Part shown: piece by piece, positions 18,102 through 27,658 of the stretch
Layout of the letters: every line of letters starts with the position of its first letter
Numbering within the stretch: the stretch's first letter is position 1
Assembly: GCA_963697965.1 (NCBI GenBank)
Contig: OY969108.1
Coordinates: 2,109,326-2,173,325, forward strand
DNA from: an uncultured delta proteobacterium
GTDB taxonomy: Bacteria > Desulfobacterota > Desulfobaccia > Desulfobaccales > 0-14-0-80-60-11
Direction: 5' to 3'
DNA length: 64,000 bases
Made by a program: the position numbers and the translations under genes
Notes under the pieces: model-generated
Told to the model about the DNA's origin: nothing
The model's input: the letters and a program-made list of their open reading frames with translations, nothing else
Databases searched by the model: none

Positions 18102-20795
18102 ATGTTATTCGGAAGACGACCGGATCTGCGCCGGCTGGCAGACATCGGCTGGAAATTGATCGTGATCCTTTCGCTGGCGGCTTTAGCAGGCTGTGGCCCC
18201 AGGGAAGAACACGGCTCCGTTTTGCGGACTACTTTGAGCAATGGCCTGCGCGTGGTCATTATCAAAGATCCCATCGCTCCCGTGGCCACGACCATGGTCA
18301 ATTATCTGGTGGGATCAGACGAGGCTCCGGAAGGTTTCCCAGGAATGGCCCACGCTCAGGAACACATGATGTTTCGCGGCAGTCCCGGACTTTCAGCCGG
18401 TCAGCTGGCTGCCATCAGTGCAGGCATGGGTGGGGATTTCGAAGCCGATACCCAGCAGGTGATCACCCAGTTCGCTTTTACCGTCCCGGCCGAGGAGCTG
18501 GATGTGCCCTTGCATATCGAGGCCATTCGCATGCGGGACGTCCTCGATACCAATGAACTCTGGAACCAGGAGCGGGGAGCCATTGAGCAGGAGGTATCCC
18601 AGGACCTATCCAATCCTGAATATGTCTTCTATATCAAACTTCTGGCGACCATGTTCAAGGGGACGCCCTATGCCCTCGACGCCCTGGGCACCAAAGACTC
18701 TTTCGACCTTACCACTGGAGAGATGCTCAAGAAGTTTCATAATACCTGGTATGCCCCCAATAACGCCATTCTGGTGATCACCGGGGATGTGGACCCCGAA
18801 AAAACCCTGGCCAGTGTCAAAAACTTATTCGGGGATATTCCCGAGAAGAAGTTGCCCCCGCGGCCGGGGGTTCATCTGCAGCCGGTGGCAGCCGAAAAAA
18901 TGGAGCTGAACACCGATCTGCCTTATGGGATGGTCGTTGTGGCTTTTCGCCTGCCCGGCTATAACAGCCCCGATTTTGCCGCTTCCCAAGTGTTGGCCGA
19001 TGCCTTGGGCAGTCAACGGGCGGACCTCTATGGACTGGCGGCCGCGGGCCAGGCCTTAAGCACCGACTTTGAATTGAACACGCTCCCCGAGGCTGGCCTG
19101 GCCTATGCTTCGGCCGCATTCCCCAAGGGCGGAGATCCTCAGAAGTTGCTTCAAGAGGTCAAAGACGTCCTAACCCGAAGCGTTGGACAGGGTATCGCCC
19201 CTGACCTCGTGGAGGCCTCCAAAAACCTGGAGTTGGCCCAACTGGAAGAACAGAAAAATTCCGTTTCCGGACTGGCGGATGCGTGGTCCGAAGCCCTGGC
19301 AGTGGAAGGCCGGCAGTCTCCAGCGGACGACGTCCGGGCCATCAGCGCGGTTACGGTGAAGGACGTTAATCGCGTCGCCCGCCAATATCTGGATCTCAAT
19401 CATGCGGTGGTGGCCATCCTTACTCCCCAGGCCTCCGGCCAACCCATATCCGGGAAAGGCTTTGGCGGCAAAGAATCCTTCAATCTGCAGCCTGGCAGAA
19501 ACGTTACCCTGCCCGACTGGGCCAAGAAGTATTTGGAGCGGTTGTCCATTCCAACTTCCACCGTCCACCCGGTGGTGAGCACCTTGCCCAACGGTATTAC
19601 CTTAATGGTTCAGCCTGAGTCTAACAGCAACACCATCAGCGTTCACGGCCATATTAAGAATCAGCCGGATTTACAAGACCCTCCAGGCCAGGAGGGCATT
19701 GCCACGGTACTGGACCAGCTTTTTTCATACGGCACTACCTCGCTGAACCGGCTGGCCTTTCAGAAAGCCCTGGATGATATTGCGGCGCAAGTCTCCAACG
19801 GAACCGCTTTTTCCTTACAGTGCTTGTCCGATCACTTCGAGCGTGGGGTGCAGCTCCTGGCGGATAACGAACTCCATCCGGCTCTGCCGGAGGACGCCTT
19901 CAAAATTGTTCGCTCTCAGGTAGCCGCGACCGTTGCCGGCCGCCTCCAAAGTCCGGATTATCTGGCGCGCCGGGCCTTTAAAACAGCTCTATTTCCAGAA
20001 GCCGACCCGGCCCTGCGCCAGCCCACCCCGGCCACCGTCTCCGGGTTGACCTTGGAGAATGTCAAAGACTATTTTTCGAAGGTCTTTCGACCAGACGAGA
20101 CCGTTATCGTCGTTATCGGCAAGGTGACCCCCGCGGACGCCAAAGAGGTGATCGAGCGCTACTTTGGACAATGGCAGGCAACGGGTCCCAAACCCAATAT
20201 CCTGTTTCCGCCGGTGCCGCCCAACACTTCCGCCACTGTGGCCGTACCCGATGCCAGCCGGGTGCAGGTCAAGGTCAACCTGGGAGAAACCGTGGGGTTG
20301 ACCCGCTCTAATCCAGACTATTACGCCCTGGTGCTGGGCAACCATGTACTGGGAGGCGGTTTTTATGCTACCCGGCTTTACCAGCAGTTGCGGGAAAAGA
20401 CCGGTCTCGTATATTTCGTGGACGTGGGATTGGACGCCAATCAGACCCGCGGCCTCTATGCCGTTGAGTATGCCTGCGATCCGGATAACGTTGCCAAAGT
20501 CCATGACATTGTGGACCGTAATTTAATTGAGATGCAGACCCAAGAGGTAAATCCCGACGAATTACGGCAGGCCAAATTGATGTTGCTGCGGAGAATCCCT
20601 TTGTCCGAATCGAGTTTGGGGAGCATTGCCCGGGGGTTGATCAGCCGCTCCATACTGGACTTGCCGCCTGATGAACCCATTACCGCCGCTAAAGACTATG
20701 TGGCGATGACTGCCGGGCAGGTCCAGGCGGCCTTTGCCAAATGGGTGAGACCGGCCGATCTGGTGCAGGTGACTCAAGGACCGCTTCCCAAGTAG
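18102..20795 (+). CDS. M16 family zinc peptidase (pitrilysin/PqqL-like), probable lipoprotein
   Basis: Inverted zincin HAQEHMMFRGS; lipobox LAGC; repeated M16 N/C domains. Confidence 0.9.
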   Translation: MLFGRRPDLRRLADIGWKLIVILSLAALAGCGPREEHGSVLRTTLSNGLRVVIIKDPIAPVATTMVNYLVGSDEAPEGFPGMAHAQEHMMFRGSPGLSAGQLAAISAGMGGDFEADTQQVITQFAFTVPAEELDVPLHIEAIRMRDVLDTNELWNQERGAIEQEVSQDLSNPEYVFYIKLLATMFKGTPYALDALGTKDSFDLTTGEMLKKFHNTWYAPNNAILVITGDVDPEKTLASVKNLFGDIPEKKLPPRPGVHLQPVAAEKMELNTDLPYGMVVVAFRLPGYNSPDFAASQVLADALGSQRADLYGLAAAGQALSTDFELNTLPEAGLAYASAAFPKGGDPQKLLQEVKDVLTRSVGQGIAPDLVEASKNLELAQLEEQKNSVSGLADAWSEALAVEGRQSPADDVRAISAVTVKDVNRVARQYLDLNHAVVAILTPQASGQPISGKGFGGKESFNLQPGRNVTLPDWAKKYLERLSIPTSTVHPVVSTLPNGITLMVQPESNSNTISVHGHIKNQPDLQDPPGQEGIATVLDQLFSYGTTSLNRLAFQKALDDIAAQVSNGTAFSLQCLSDHFERGVQLLADNELHPALPEDAFKIVRSQVAATVAGRLQSPDYLARRAFKTALFPEADPALRQPTPATVSGLTLENVKDYFSKVFRPDETVIVVIGKVTPADAKEVIERYFGQWQATGPKPNILFPPVPPNTSATVAVPDASRVQVKVNLGETVGLTRSNPDYYALVLGNHVLGGGFYATRLYQQLREKTGLVYFVDVGLDANQTRGLYAVEYACDPDNVAKVHDIVDRNLIEMQTQEVNPDELRQAKLMLLRRIPLSESSLGSIARGLISRSILDLPPDEPITAAKDYVAMTAGQVQAAFAKWVRPADLVQVTQGPLPK

Positions 20796-20947
20796 AAATC
20801 GGCCCACTCTTAGGAAGACCATTGAGATGAACCCTTAACCTCTGGCAAAATGGAACCGAACTAGCAATGGCCCTGATGATCCTTAACGGCAAAGGTAGTT
20901 TTCTAGGCTCAGGGATTACGGGTTCCAGGAATGGATGAGAAAGTCCT

Positions 20948-22336
20948 ATGCAGGCAGCAAAGACCCTGAGAAACGCGGCGCCTGTCCCCACCGGCGACCT
21001 GAAAACGAGAGTCCATGCCTACCCCCAGGAATTGGTCTCCTTTATCTTGGATCTGCAGAAAGACCCTCTTTTTATGGAGGGCTTCCACGCCAACGGGATC
21101 GTGCAGCCAGGTCTGCTCCCGGAACGGGCCGTTTTGGAGCAAGTCATCTCGGTCTGTTACCAGGCCAGCCTGTTGCGGGAAGAAGAACGGCCCATTATGT
21201 TTCGCCTCATCATCTGCGATCCGGAAATCCTGCCCGCCCACGAAGGACCTCCCACCGGCTTGCAACCTCTGAAATTCGCCAAGACGCGGCCTTTCAATGA
21301 ATTCGAACTGCATCGCCTCACCCCGGCTGTAGATTTTTCCCGAATGCTGGTGGGGGTCTCTCTCGACCAGAAAAACACGCCCCAGATCTGGGGAATCATT
21401 AACTCGGGAAACCGGTGGCTGCAGGATGTATTGGGTGGCCGGAAAACCGGCCCCCCGCTGCCCCCAGTCCCCTTAATATACGTGACCGGTCCCGGACAGA
21501 TCTCCGTTGGCCTGGGTCCCAAAGTGATAGCTTCCTTGAACGGCGGCCAGATAAACTATCCATCTCTGGATGTCTTTGAGGGCCGGTGGCTCACAGAGAG
21601 TTTTGCCTCCGTCCGCTCCGAGATGATGGAACTGCACACCGCGGCCAGGGCCAGGGCGAAGAAACCCTGGGCCAGGTTAGACCCGGGTTTCGGAAGAATG
21701 GTCGCCCAACAAGTGGTGCGGCGCATTATCAGCGTAATCCGCAATTCCCGCCACGGCGGCATGCTGGTCTATCTCCCGCCGGAGATGGGTCCTGAGCTCG
21801 AGAGCCCAAAGCGCTACCTCAGCATCAAGTACCATTTCCGCGAGGATGAGCCGCGCCAGCGGTTCCGCACCCTGATGCTGCGTATTATCAACACCAGTGC
21901 GGAGCTACTGGCAGATCCACATGATCCGGGGAAGGTCATCGGCTGGGAGGATTATGTCACCTGCCAGCGAGAGGAGATCGCGGTCCTCGATGAGGCCATT
22001 TTCGATCTGGCCTATTTCATCGCCAGCCTTTCTGCCATCGATGGCGCGGTGATTTTGACCAAACGCTCCGACCTCCTCGGCTTCGGCGGCTTTATCCTGG
22101 GAGATGTCGATGAGGTGCGGACGGTGGCCCGCGCCCTGGATACTGAGGGGGACCAGATCGAGACGGAGCTTAGCGAAGGGGTGGGTACCCGGCACCGGGC
22201 TGCCTACCGGCTATGCCACGAACTGCATGACGCCTTTGCCATCGTCATTTCCCAAGACGGCGATGTCCGCTTCGTCAAATGGCACAATGGTTCTGTCACT
22301 TACTGGAACCAGGCCCCCACCGGTATTCCTGGATAA
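20948..22336 (+). CDS. DAC (DisA_N) diadenylate cyclase domain protein with N-terminal sensor-like domain (DACNV-like)
   Basis: C-terminal SAIDGAVIL (DGA) and GTRHRAA (RHR) motifs, VISQDG; no TM helices. Confidence 0.82.
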   Translation: MQAAKTLRNAAPVPTGDLKTRVHAYPQELVSFILDLQKDPLFMEGFHANGIVQPGLLPERAVLEQVISVCYQASLLREEERPIMFRLIICDPEILPAHEGPPTGLQPLKFAKTRPFNEFELHRLTPAVDFSRMLVGVSLDQKNTPQIWGIINSGNRWLQDVLGGRKTGPPLPPVPLIYVTGPGQISVGLGPKVIASLNGGQINYPSLDVFEGRWLTESFASVRSEMMELHTAARARAKKPWARLDPGFGRMVAQQVVRRIISVIRNSRHGGMLVYLPPEMGPELESPKRYLSIKYHFREDEPRQRFRTLMLRIINTSAELLADPHDPGKVIGWEDYVTCQREEIAVLDEAIFDLAYFIASLSAIDGAVILTKRSDLLGFGGFILGDVDEVRTVARALDTEGDQIETELSEGVGTRHRAAYRLCHELHDAFAIVISQDGDVRFVKWHNGSVTYWNQAPTGIPG

Positions 22337-22548
22337 GGGGCCGCTCTCCTATAAATTTCCCTGGCAAATTTATCTCGCAGTTAACCTCCAGGCCATGGTA
22401 AATTTAGCGACATCACCTTTTTATTGCGATGCCACTAAATCTCCCTGGGGATGGCGTTTTCAATCCCCAAAGCAGTTTTCGCCGGCAAATCAAGCGGCGG
22501 CACGAGCGTCCCTGTCTCCGAACAATTATTATTATAGTGGAGGATTAG

Positions 22549-23244
22549 ATGAAATCATTAAAATTGGAGATCGCAAGTAGGATAATGGTGATCTTGTTTG
22601 TCATTTTGATATTTCCTATAAGCTATGTTTATGGGGAACAAAAGGCCGAAGACTATTATCTTGAAGGGAAGGATTATTATATAAATGGCAATTATGATCA
22701 GGCTATTGAATCATTTACTAAGGCGATAAAGCTAAATAATAATCTTGCCGATGCTTATTTAAGCCGTGGCCATGCCTATGCGGTAAAACCCAATCCCGAT
22801 TTAAATCAAGCAATATCCGATTTCGATCACGCCATCAAAATCAACCCTTTGGAAGATAGCGCCTTTACTGGCCGGGGACTTGCTTATGCCAGGCAAGGAA
22901 AGCTAGATTTAGCTATTGCTGATTTTAATCAAGCAATCAAACTTAACCCACAAAATCCTTTGGCTTATGCTCTTAGAGGCATGGTATATTGCAATAAAAA
23001 GGATTACCCAAAATCTTGGGAAGATGTCCATAAGGTGGAAGGTTTGGGTGCCAAGCCCCCTCCTGAGCTGATTGAGTTACTTAAAAAATATTCCGGCCGT
23101 ACCCGGTTAAGTTTTTTATCTTTTTCTGTTTCCATGTACCAAGTTTCCTGGCCGCAAAGATGGACGCTACGCCCGGCCGTGGAATTCTTTTTTTCTTTGA
23201 CTCAAAAGGGCAACCAGGCCTGCGGGTTATGCCCTGGCCCGTAG
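22549..23244 (+). CDS. Secreted or membrane-anchored TPR repeat protein
   Basis: N-terminal hydrophobic segment; about 4 TPR units (YDQAIESFTKAIKLN, AYLSRG, LAIADFNQAIKLNP); AT-rich; C-terminal ~45 aa doubtful. Confidence 0.8.
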   Translation: MKSLKLEIASRIMVILFVILIFPISYVYGEQKAEDYYLEGKDYYINGNYDQAIESFTKAIKLNNNLADAYLSRGHAYAVKPNPDLNQAISDFDHAIKINPLEDSAFTGRGLAYARQGKLDLAIADFNQAIKLNPQNPLAYALRGMVYCNKKDYPKSWEDVHKVEGLGAKPPPELIELLKKYSGRTRLSFLSFSVSMYQVSWPQRWTLRPAVEFFFSLTQKGNQACGLCPGP

Positions 23245-23283
23245 CCAACGCCGGAAGCTATCAACCCGAAAAGGACCATCACC

Positions 23284-24405
23284 ATGGCTGAATTGTTCGA
23301 AGTCACTTCCATCAACGGCATGAGGCTGGCCAACCGTTTTGTACGCTCTGCGACGTGGGAGGGTTTGGCGGACCGGGATGGAGCCGTTACCCCCAGGCTC
23401 ATCGAGATGATGGCGGAACTGGCCAAAGGCGAAGTTGGATTGATTATCAGCGGCCACGCCTTCGTCAGTCCCGAGGGCCAGGTCGGCCCCGGACAACTGG
23501 CTGCCTTTGACGACCGTTTCCTGCCCGGGCTTCGGGAAATGGCCGGGGCGGTCCATGCAGCCGGAGGACGGATCGCTCTGCAACTGGCCCACGGGGGCTG
23601 CCGGGCGAATTTAGAGCTGAGCGGCTTGGAGCCTATCGGGCCGTCCGCGCCCGAGAAAAACGGCCGGCCCACTTGCCGCCCGGCTGCGAGTGACGATATG
23701 GCCAACTTCGTATCCGCCTTCGCAGTGGCTGCCCACCGGGCCCAACAGGCGGGCTTCGACGCGGTTCAGATCCATGCTGCCCATGGCTTTCTCTTCAGCC
23801 AGTTTCTGTCGCCCGCTTTCAATAAGAGGACAGATGCATATGGGGGCGATCTCCAAAACCGGGCGCGGCTCCTTCTCGAAGCAGTAGGGAGGATCCGGGA
23901 GGCGGTTGGACCAAAATATCCGGTTCTCATCAAAATCAACTCCGAGGATTTCCTGGATGGGGGCATGACGCGGCCGGAGGCCGTAGAGGTCTCGGGGAGG
24001 CTCGAGCAGGCCTCCATCGATGCCATCGAGTTCTCCGGCGGGACCGGGAACTCCCCCGAAAAGTTCGTGCCGGTGCGTCCGGGCAGGCTGAAGACCCCGG
24101 AGCAAGAGGTCTATTACCGTAAGGCCGCGGGGCTTTATAAGCAGAAAGTCGCCATTCCGCTCATCCTGGTGGGCGGCATCCGCTCCTTCGGGGTGGCCGC
24201 GGAGTTAGTCCGGGATGGCACGGCCGATTACATTTCCATGAGCCGGCCCCTGATTTGCGAGCCAGGGCTCGTCAAGCGCTGGCGGGAGGGAGACCGCCGC
24301 CAGGCGGCATGTGTTTCCGACAATGCCTGTTTCGCCCCCGCATTCGCCGGCAAGGGCGTTTACTGCGTAACCATGGCTAAAAAGAAGGGCAAAACCAGCC
24401 CATAG
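23284..24405 (+). CDS. NADH:flavin oxidoreductase (Old Yellow Enzyme family)
   Basis: NRFVRSATWE, QLAHGG, QIHAAHGFLFSQFLSP, NKRTDAYGG; C-terminal Cys cluster. Confidence 0.9.
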   Translation: MAELFEVTSINGMRLANRFVRSATWEGLADRDGAVTPRLIEMMAELAKGEVGLIISGHAFVSPEGQVGPGQLAAFDDRFLPGLREMAGAVHAAGGRIALQLAHGGCRANLELSGLEPIGPSAPEKNGRPTCRPAASDDMANFVSAFAVAAHRAQQAGFDAVQIHAAHGFLFSQFLSPAFNKRTDAYGGDLQNRARLLLEAVGRIREAVGPKYPVLIKINSEDFLDGGMTRPEAVEVSGRLEQASIDAIEFSGGTGNSPEKFVPVRPGRLKTPEQEVYYRKAAGLYKQKVAIPLILVGGIRSFGVAAELVRDGTADYISMSRPLICEPGLVKRWREGDRRQAACVSDNACFAPAFAGKGVYCVTMAKKKGKTSP

Positions 24406-24437
24406 GATTGCTTCAACCTCGCCTAAAGGGATGAAAG

Positions 24438-25460
24438 ATGGACCTCACGGAATTGCGGGAACGTGCTAAAGAAAAATTGCAGGGATATTGCCGGGTCTGC
24501 CCGGTTTGCGATGGGCGCGCTTGCGCCGGCGAAGTGCCGGGCATGGGCGGCGCCGGGACCGGCAGTGCTTTTACCGCCAACCTGGAAGCCTTGGGCCGGT
24601 ATCGCTTCAATATGCGCACCCTGCATGATGTCAAGGCGCCGTCTACTTCCTTCGAGCTGTGGGGGGAAAATCTTTCCATGCCCATCCTGGCCGCGCCCAT
24701 GACCGGCGTCTCCCACAGCATGGGCGGCAAGATTTCGGAAGAGGATTTCCTCCAGGAAATCATAGCCGGGTCCCTGCTGGCCGGCACCCTGGGCATGTCC
24801 GGAGACGGACCCGATCCGCGGATGTATGCCAGCGGTCTCAAGGCCATAGCCGATCATCACGGCAAAGGCATCCCCGTTGCCAAACCACGGGCCCAGGAGG
24901 AGGCCGGCAAATATCTCCAGGCGGCCGAAGCCGCGGGCGCCCTGGCGGTGGGCATGGATATGGACGGGGCCGGCATGATTATGATGGCCCTCGCAGGCCA
25001 ACCCGTCAGCCCCAAGACCTTCGGGGAAATCAAAGAATTGATCGGATCTACCCGGCTTCCCTTTATCCTCAAGGGCATCATGACTCCTGAGGAAGCCGAG
25101 CTGGGCCTGGCCGCCGGCGCCGCGGCCATCGTCGTTTCCAACCATGGGGGGCGGGTTCTCGATCACACCCCGGGGGCGGCTGAGGTCCTTCCCGCCATCG
25201 CGGCCCGGGTCAAAGGTCGGCTGCTGATTTTTGCCGACGGCGGGGTGCGTTCCGGCGGTGATGTTCTCAAGCTGCTGGCCCTGGGGGCCGATGCCGTTCT
25301 CGTGGGCCGGCCGCTGGTTATCGGGGTTATGGGCGGCGGCCGTGAAGGGGTGGCCTTTTTGCTCAATAAACTGAAAAGCGAGCTGATTCAGGCAATGCTC
25401 TTAACGGGAACGGCGGATGTCAAATCGGTGTCCCGGGCCATCCTGTATGGCCCACGCTAA
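24438..25460 (+). CDS. FMN-dependent alpha-hydroxy acid dehydrogenase family protein
   Basis: PILAAPMTG, LKGIMT, VSNHGGRVLD, DGGVRSGGDVLK; N-terminal CRVCPVCDGRAC. Confidence 0.88.
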   Translation: MDLTELRERAKEKLQGYCRVCPVCDGRACAGEVPGMGGAGTGSAFTANLEALGRYRFNMRTLHDVKAPSTSFELWGENLSMPILAAPMTGVSHSMGGKISEEDFLQEIIAGSLLAGTLGMSGDGPDPRMYASGLKAIADHHGKGIPVAKPRAQEEAGKYLQAAEAAGALAVGMDMDGAGMIMMALAGQPVSPKTFGEIKELIGSTRLPFILKGIMTPEEAELGLAAGAAAIVVSNHGGRVLDHTPGAAEVLPAIAARVKGRLLIFADGGVRSGGDVLKLLALGADAVLVGRPLVIGVMGGGREGVAFLLNKLKSELIQAMLLTGTADVKSVSRAILYGPR

Positions 25461-25551
25461 TCTATCCTGGAAATAGTGAGCAGGGTCGCCGGGGCGGGAT
25501 GAAAAACCGCCCCGAGGCATTTCCAGTGGAGGCGCCGGATGTGCACCCGTA

Positions 25552-26493
25552 TTAGTAATGATGCTGCAGATTGCCGATTTCCCCTCGATGCCTCAAGGTC
25601 CGGATCAGATGGCTCAGGGGAATGATCAGGACATAATAGGGAATCATATAAAGGGCGGCCATCACCGACGTGAGGGGATCGTTGAAGTAAATGCCTATAA
25701 CCAGGACCAGGATGTTATTGATCCAGCCCAGGGCCCCGGCCGCCGCGATCCTTTCCGGTGGCGGGCTGGACCGGAACAGGACCATCCCGGTGCCGGCCAG
25801 GAAAGCCGCGAGACCGAAACTCGCCAGCACGGCGAAAGCTACCTCAGCCCTATGAGCCCTCAAAAAGGGCGCATAGAGACCAAAGGCCCCCAGGTTAAGG
25901 GCCGCGAACAGGACCAGGGAGATGGGATAGGCGTGCGCATCCACCCAGTCCGTCAGCTTCAATGAGACCCGCCGGAGGCCCCAGGCGCTCACAAAAGGCA
26001 CGAAGATCATGGCCGCCAATAATCCTGCCAGTCCCACCAGGTCGAAATGCAGTTCCCGGCCAATCAGGACTTTGACGATCAGCGGCAGGGTTGCCGGCAA
26101 CAACAACGTGGTCACCACGGTCATGGCCAGCACCAGCGGAATACTGGCCCCGATCATACCGGCAAAAAAGGGGGCGGACAGACCCGTGGAGGCCCCGGCC
26201 AGCAGGAGCATAGCCAGGGCGTAAGCCGGGATAAGTTTGGCCACAGCCAGATAGATGATGCAGGGCATGATGATCAACTTGGCGAGTATTAACATGGCCA
26301 GCTTTACGGGATAGCTCCGCAGGGTCTTCCAAATGGCCGGCGGATTTACCTTCAGGAAGGCCAGGAACAGCAAACCCATCAGGAGCCATGAAAAGTAGGC
26401 TCCTAAAAAACTGGTCCAGGCGGGCCAGGCAACCCCGGCCACCATACTGCTGAAGACCACCAGCAACAGCACGATATCTCTGATTCTAAACAT
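25552..26493 (-). CDS. Bile acid:sodium symporter (SLC10/BASS) family transporter
   Basis: About 10 TM helices; LAKLIIMP motif; ASTGLSAPFF segment. Confidence 0.75.
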   Translation of the reverse strand: MFRIRDIVLLLVVFSSMVAGVAWPAWTSFLGAYFSWLLMGLLFLAFLKVNPPAIWKTLRSYPVKLAMLILAKLIIMPCIIYLAVAKLIPAYALAMLLLAGASTGLSAPFFAGMIGASIPLVLAMTVVTTLLLPATLPLIVKVLIGRELHFDLVGLAGLLAAMIFVPFVSAWGLRRVSLKLTDWVDAHAYPISLVLFAALNLGAFGLYAPFLRAHRAEVAFAVLASFGLAAFLAGTGMVLFRSSPPPERIAAAGALGWINNILVLVIGIYFNDPLTSVMAALYMIPYYVLIIPLSHLIRTLRHRGEIGNLQHHY

Positions 26494-26798
26494 CTAGGCG
26501 CTTATTTTTCGTTATTATTCAAGAATAGGTTCTGGGTTATAGCTGCTTCTGCCGCCGGGAAAGCCAACCGGACTTGGTAGCATAGGACTCTGGCCTATGC
26601 GATCCCAACTCCCAATCCCGTCCACAGGCGGGACGCCCAGGCTACCCGGACTTGTATTTCCCATGCCTGAAATTACTTGAAGGAGGATATCATAATTGAG
26701 TAAATCTTACTCCCTTCAGATGGTTCCGGGCGAGCCAACGCCTCATGGACAAAGGATACCTGGCACTGGCTGACATGTAAAAACCCCGAAAGGAATTG

Positions 26799-26826
26799 TT
26801 GAATAGTTTACCAACTGTGGTAACCT
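26799..26826 (+). promoter_or_regulatory. Putative sigma70 promoter of the cmk-like/kup operon
   Basis: TTGAAT-N16-TAACCT with extended -10 TG; TTACCA-N4-TGGTAA palindrome in the spacer. Confidence 0.45.
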
Positions 26827-26853
26827 GGGGCACCGGTAGGCCCCAGGTTTTTT
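26822..26853 (+). terminator. Terminator-like hairpin upstream of the kup operon
   Basis: Perfect 10-bp stem aacctggggc/gccccaggtt, 8-nt loop, followed by a T run. Confidence 0.5.
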
Positions 26854-26946
26854 GGCAAAATGGCGCACCTTTCCATTACCTGCGGCCACCTTCCAGCCGT
26901 TGGACCCAGGAGCTAGCACCCGCGAGCGGGCAGAAAGGAGCATAAG

Positions 26947-27609
26947 ATGGCCATCGTTACTATTTCCAGGGGCTCCTACTTCCGAGGCAAAGAAGTGGCC
27001 GAATTATTGGCTAAAAAGTTAGGGTACGCCTGTATTTCCCGGGAGATTCTTCTGGAGGCGTCCGCAGAATTCAATATCCCGGAGATTAAGCTCATCCGGG
27101 CCATCGAGGACGCTCCCTCGATCCTGAACCGGCTCACCCGGCAAAAAGAAAAGTACGTGGCCTATATCCGCGCTGCCCTGTTGAAACACGTGCAAAAAGA
27201 CAACGTGGTGTACCACGGGTTATTTGGGCATTTCTTCCTGCAGGATATCCCCCACGTTCTCAAGGTGCGCATTGTGGGCGACATGGAAGCCCGGGTGGCG
27301 GATGAGGTGAAGCGGGAGGGCATCTCCGCCGCCAAGGCCAGGGAGATCCTCGTCAAAGATGACGAAGAGAGGCGCAAATGGGCCCTCTCTTTATATGGCG
27401 CCGACTGGTGGGACGCCACCCTTTATGACCTGGTCATCCATCTGAAAACCATCACGGTGGATGATGCGGTCAATCTCCTCAGCCAGGTGGTGCAACTGCC
27501 GGGTTTCCAAACCACGCCCGAATCCCAGGGGGCTATCAATAGCCTGGTGGAGGCGGCGCGCCTGGAGGCGGTCCCGGTGTGGTGGGAGGGGTCTGAGGAA
27601 AAGAAATAA
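26947..27609 (+). CDS. Cytidylate kinase-like family protein
   Basis: IVTISRGSYFRGKEVAE N-terminus; VLKVRIV; YDLVI motif. Confidence 0.8.
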   Translation: MAIVTISRGSYFRGKEVAELLAKKLGYACISREILLEASAEFNIPEIKLIRAIEDAPSILNRLTRQKEKYVAYIRAALLKHVQKDNVVYHGLFGHFFLQDIPHVLKVRIVGDMEARVADEVKREGISAAKAREILVKDDEERRKWALSLYGADWWDATLYDLVIHLKTITVDDAVNLLSQVVQLPGFQTTPESQGAINSLVEAARLEAVPVWWEGSEEKK

Positions 27610-27658
27610 CGGCTTAAGGTAAAGGCCACGGAGAATCAACCCAGAAAATCCAGGCAAT

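Noticed and set aside
26860-26916. 18-codon uORF (MAHLSITCGHLPAVGPRS) in the kup leader
   Set aside because: No Shine-Dalgarno sequence and no regulatory codon run; cannot be supported from sequence alone
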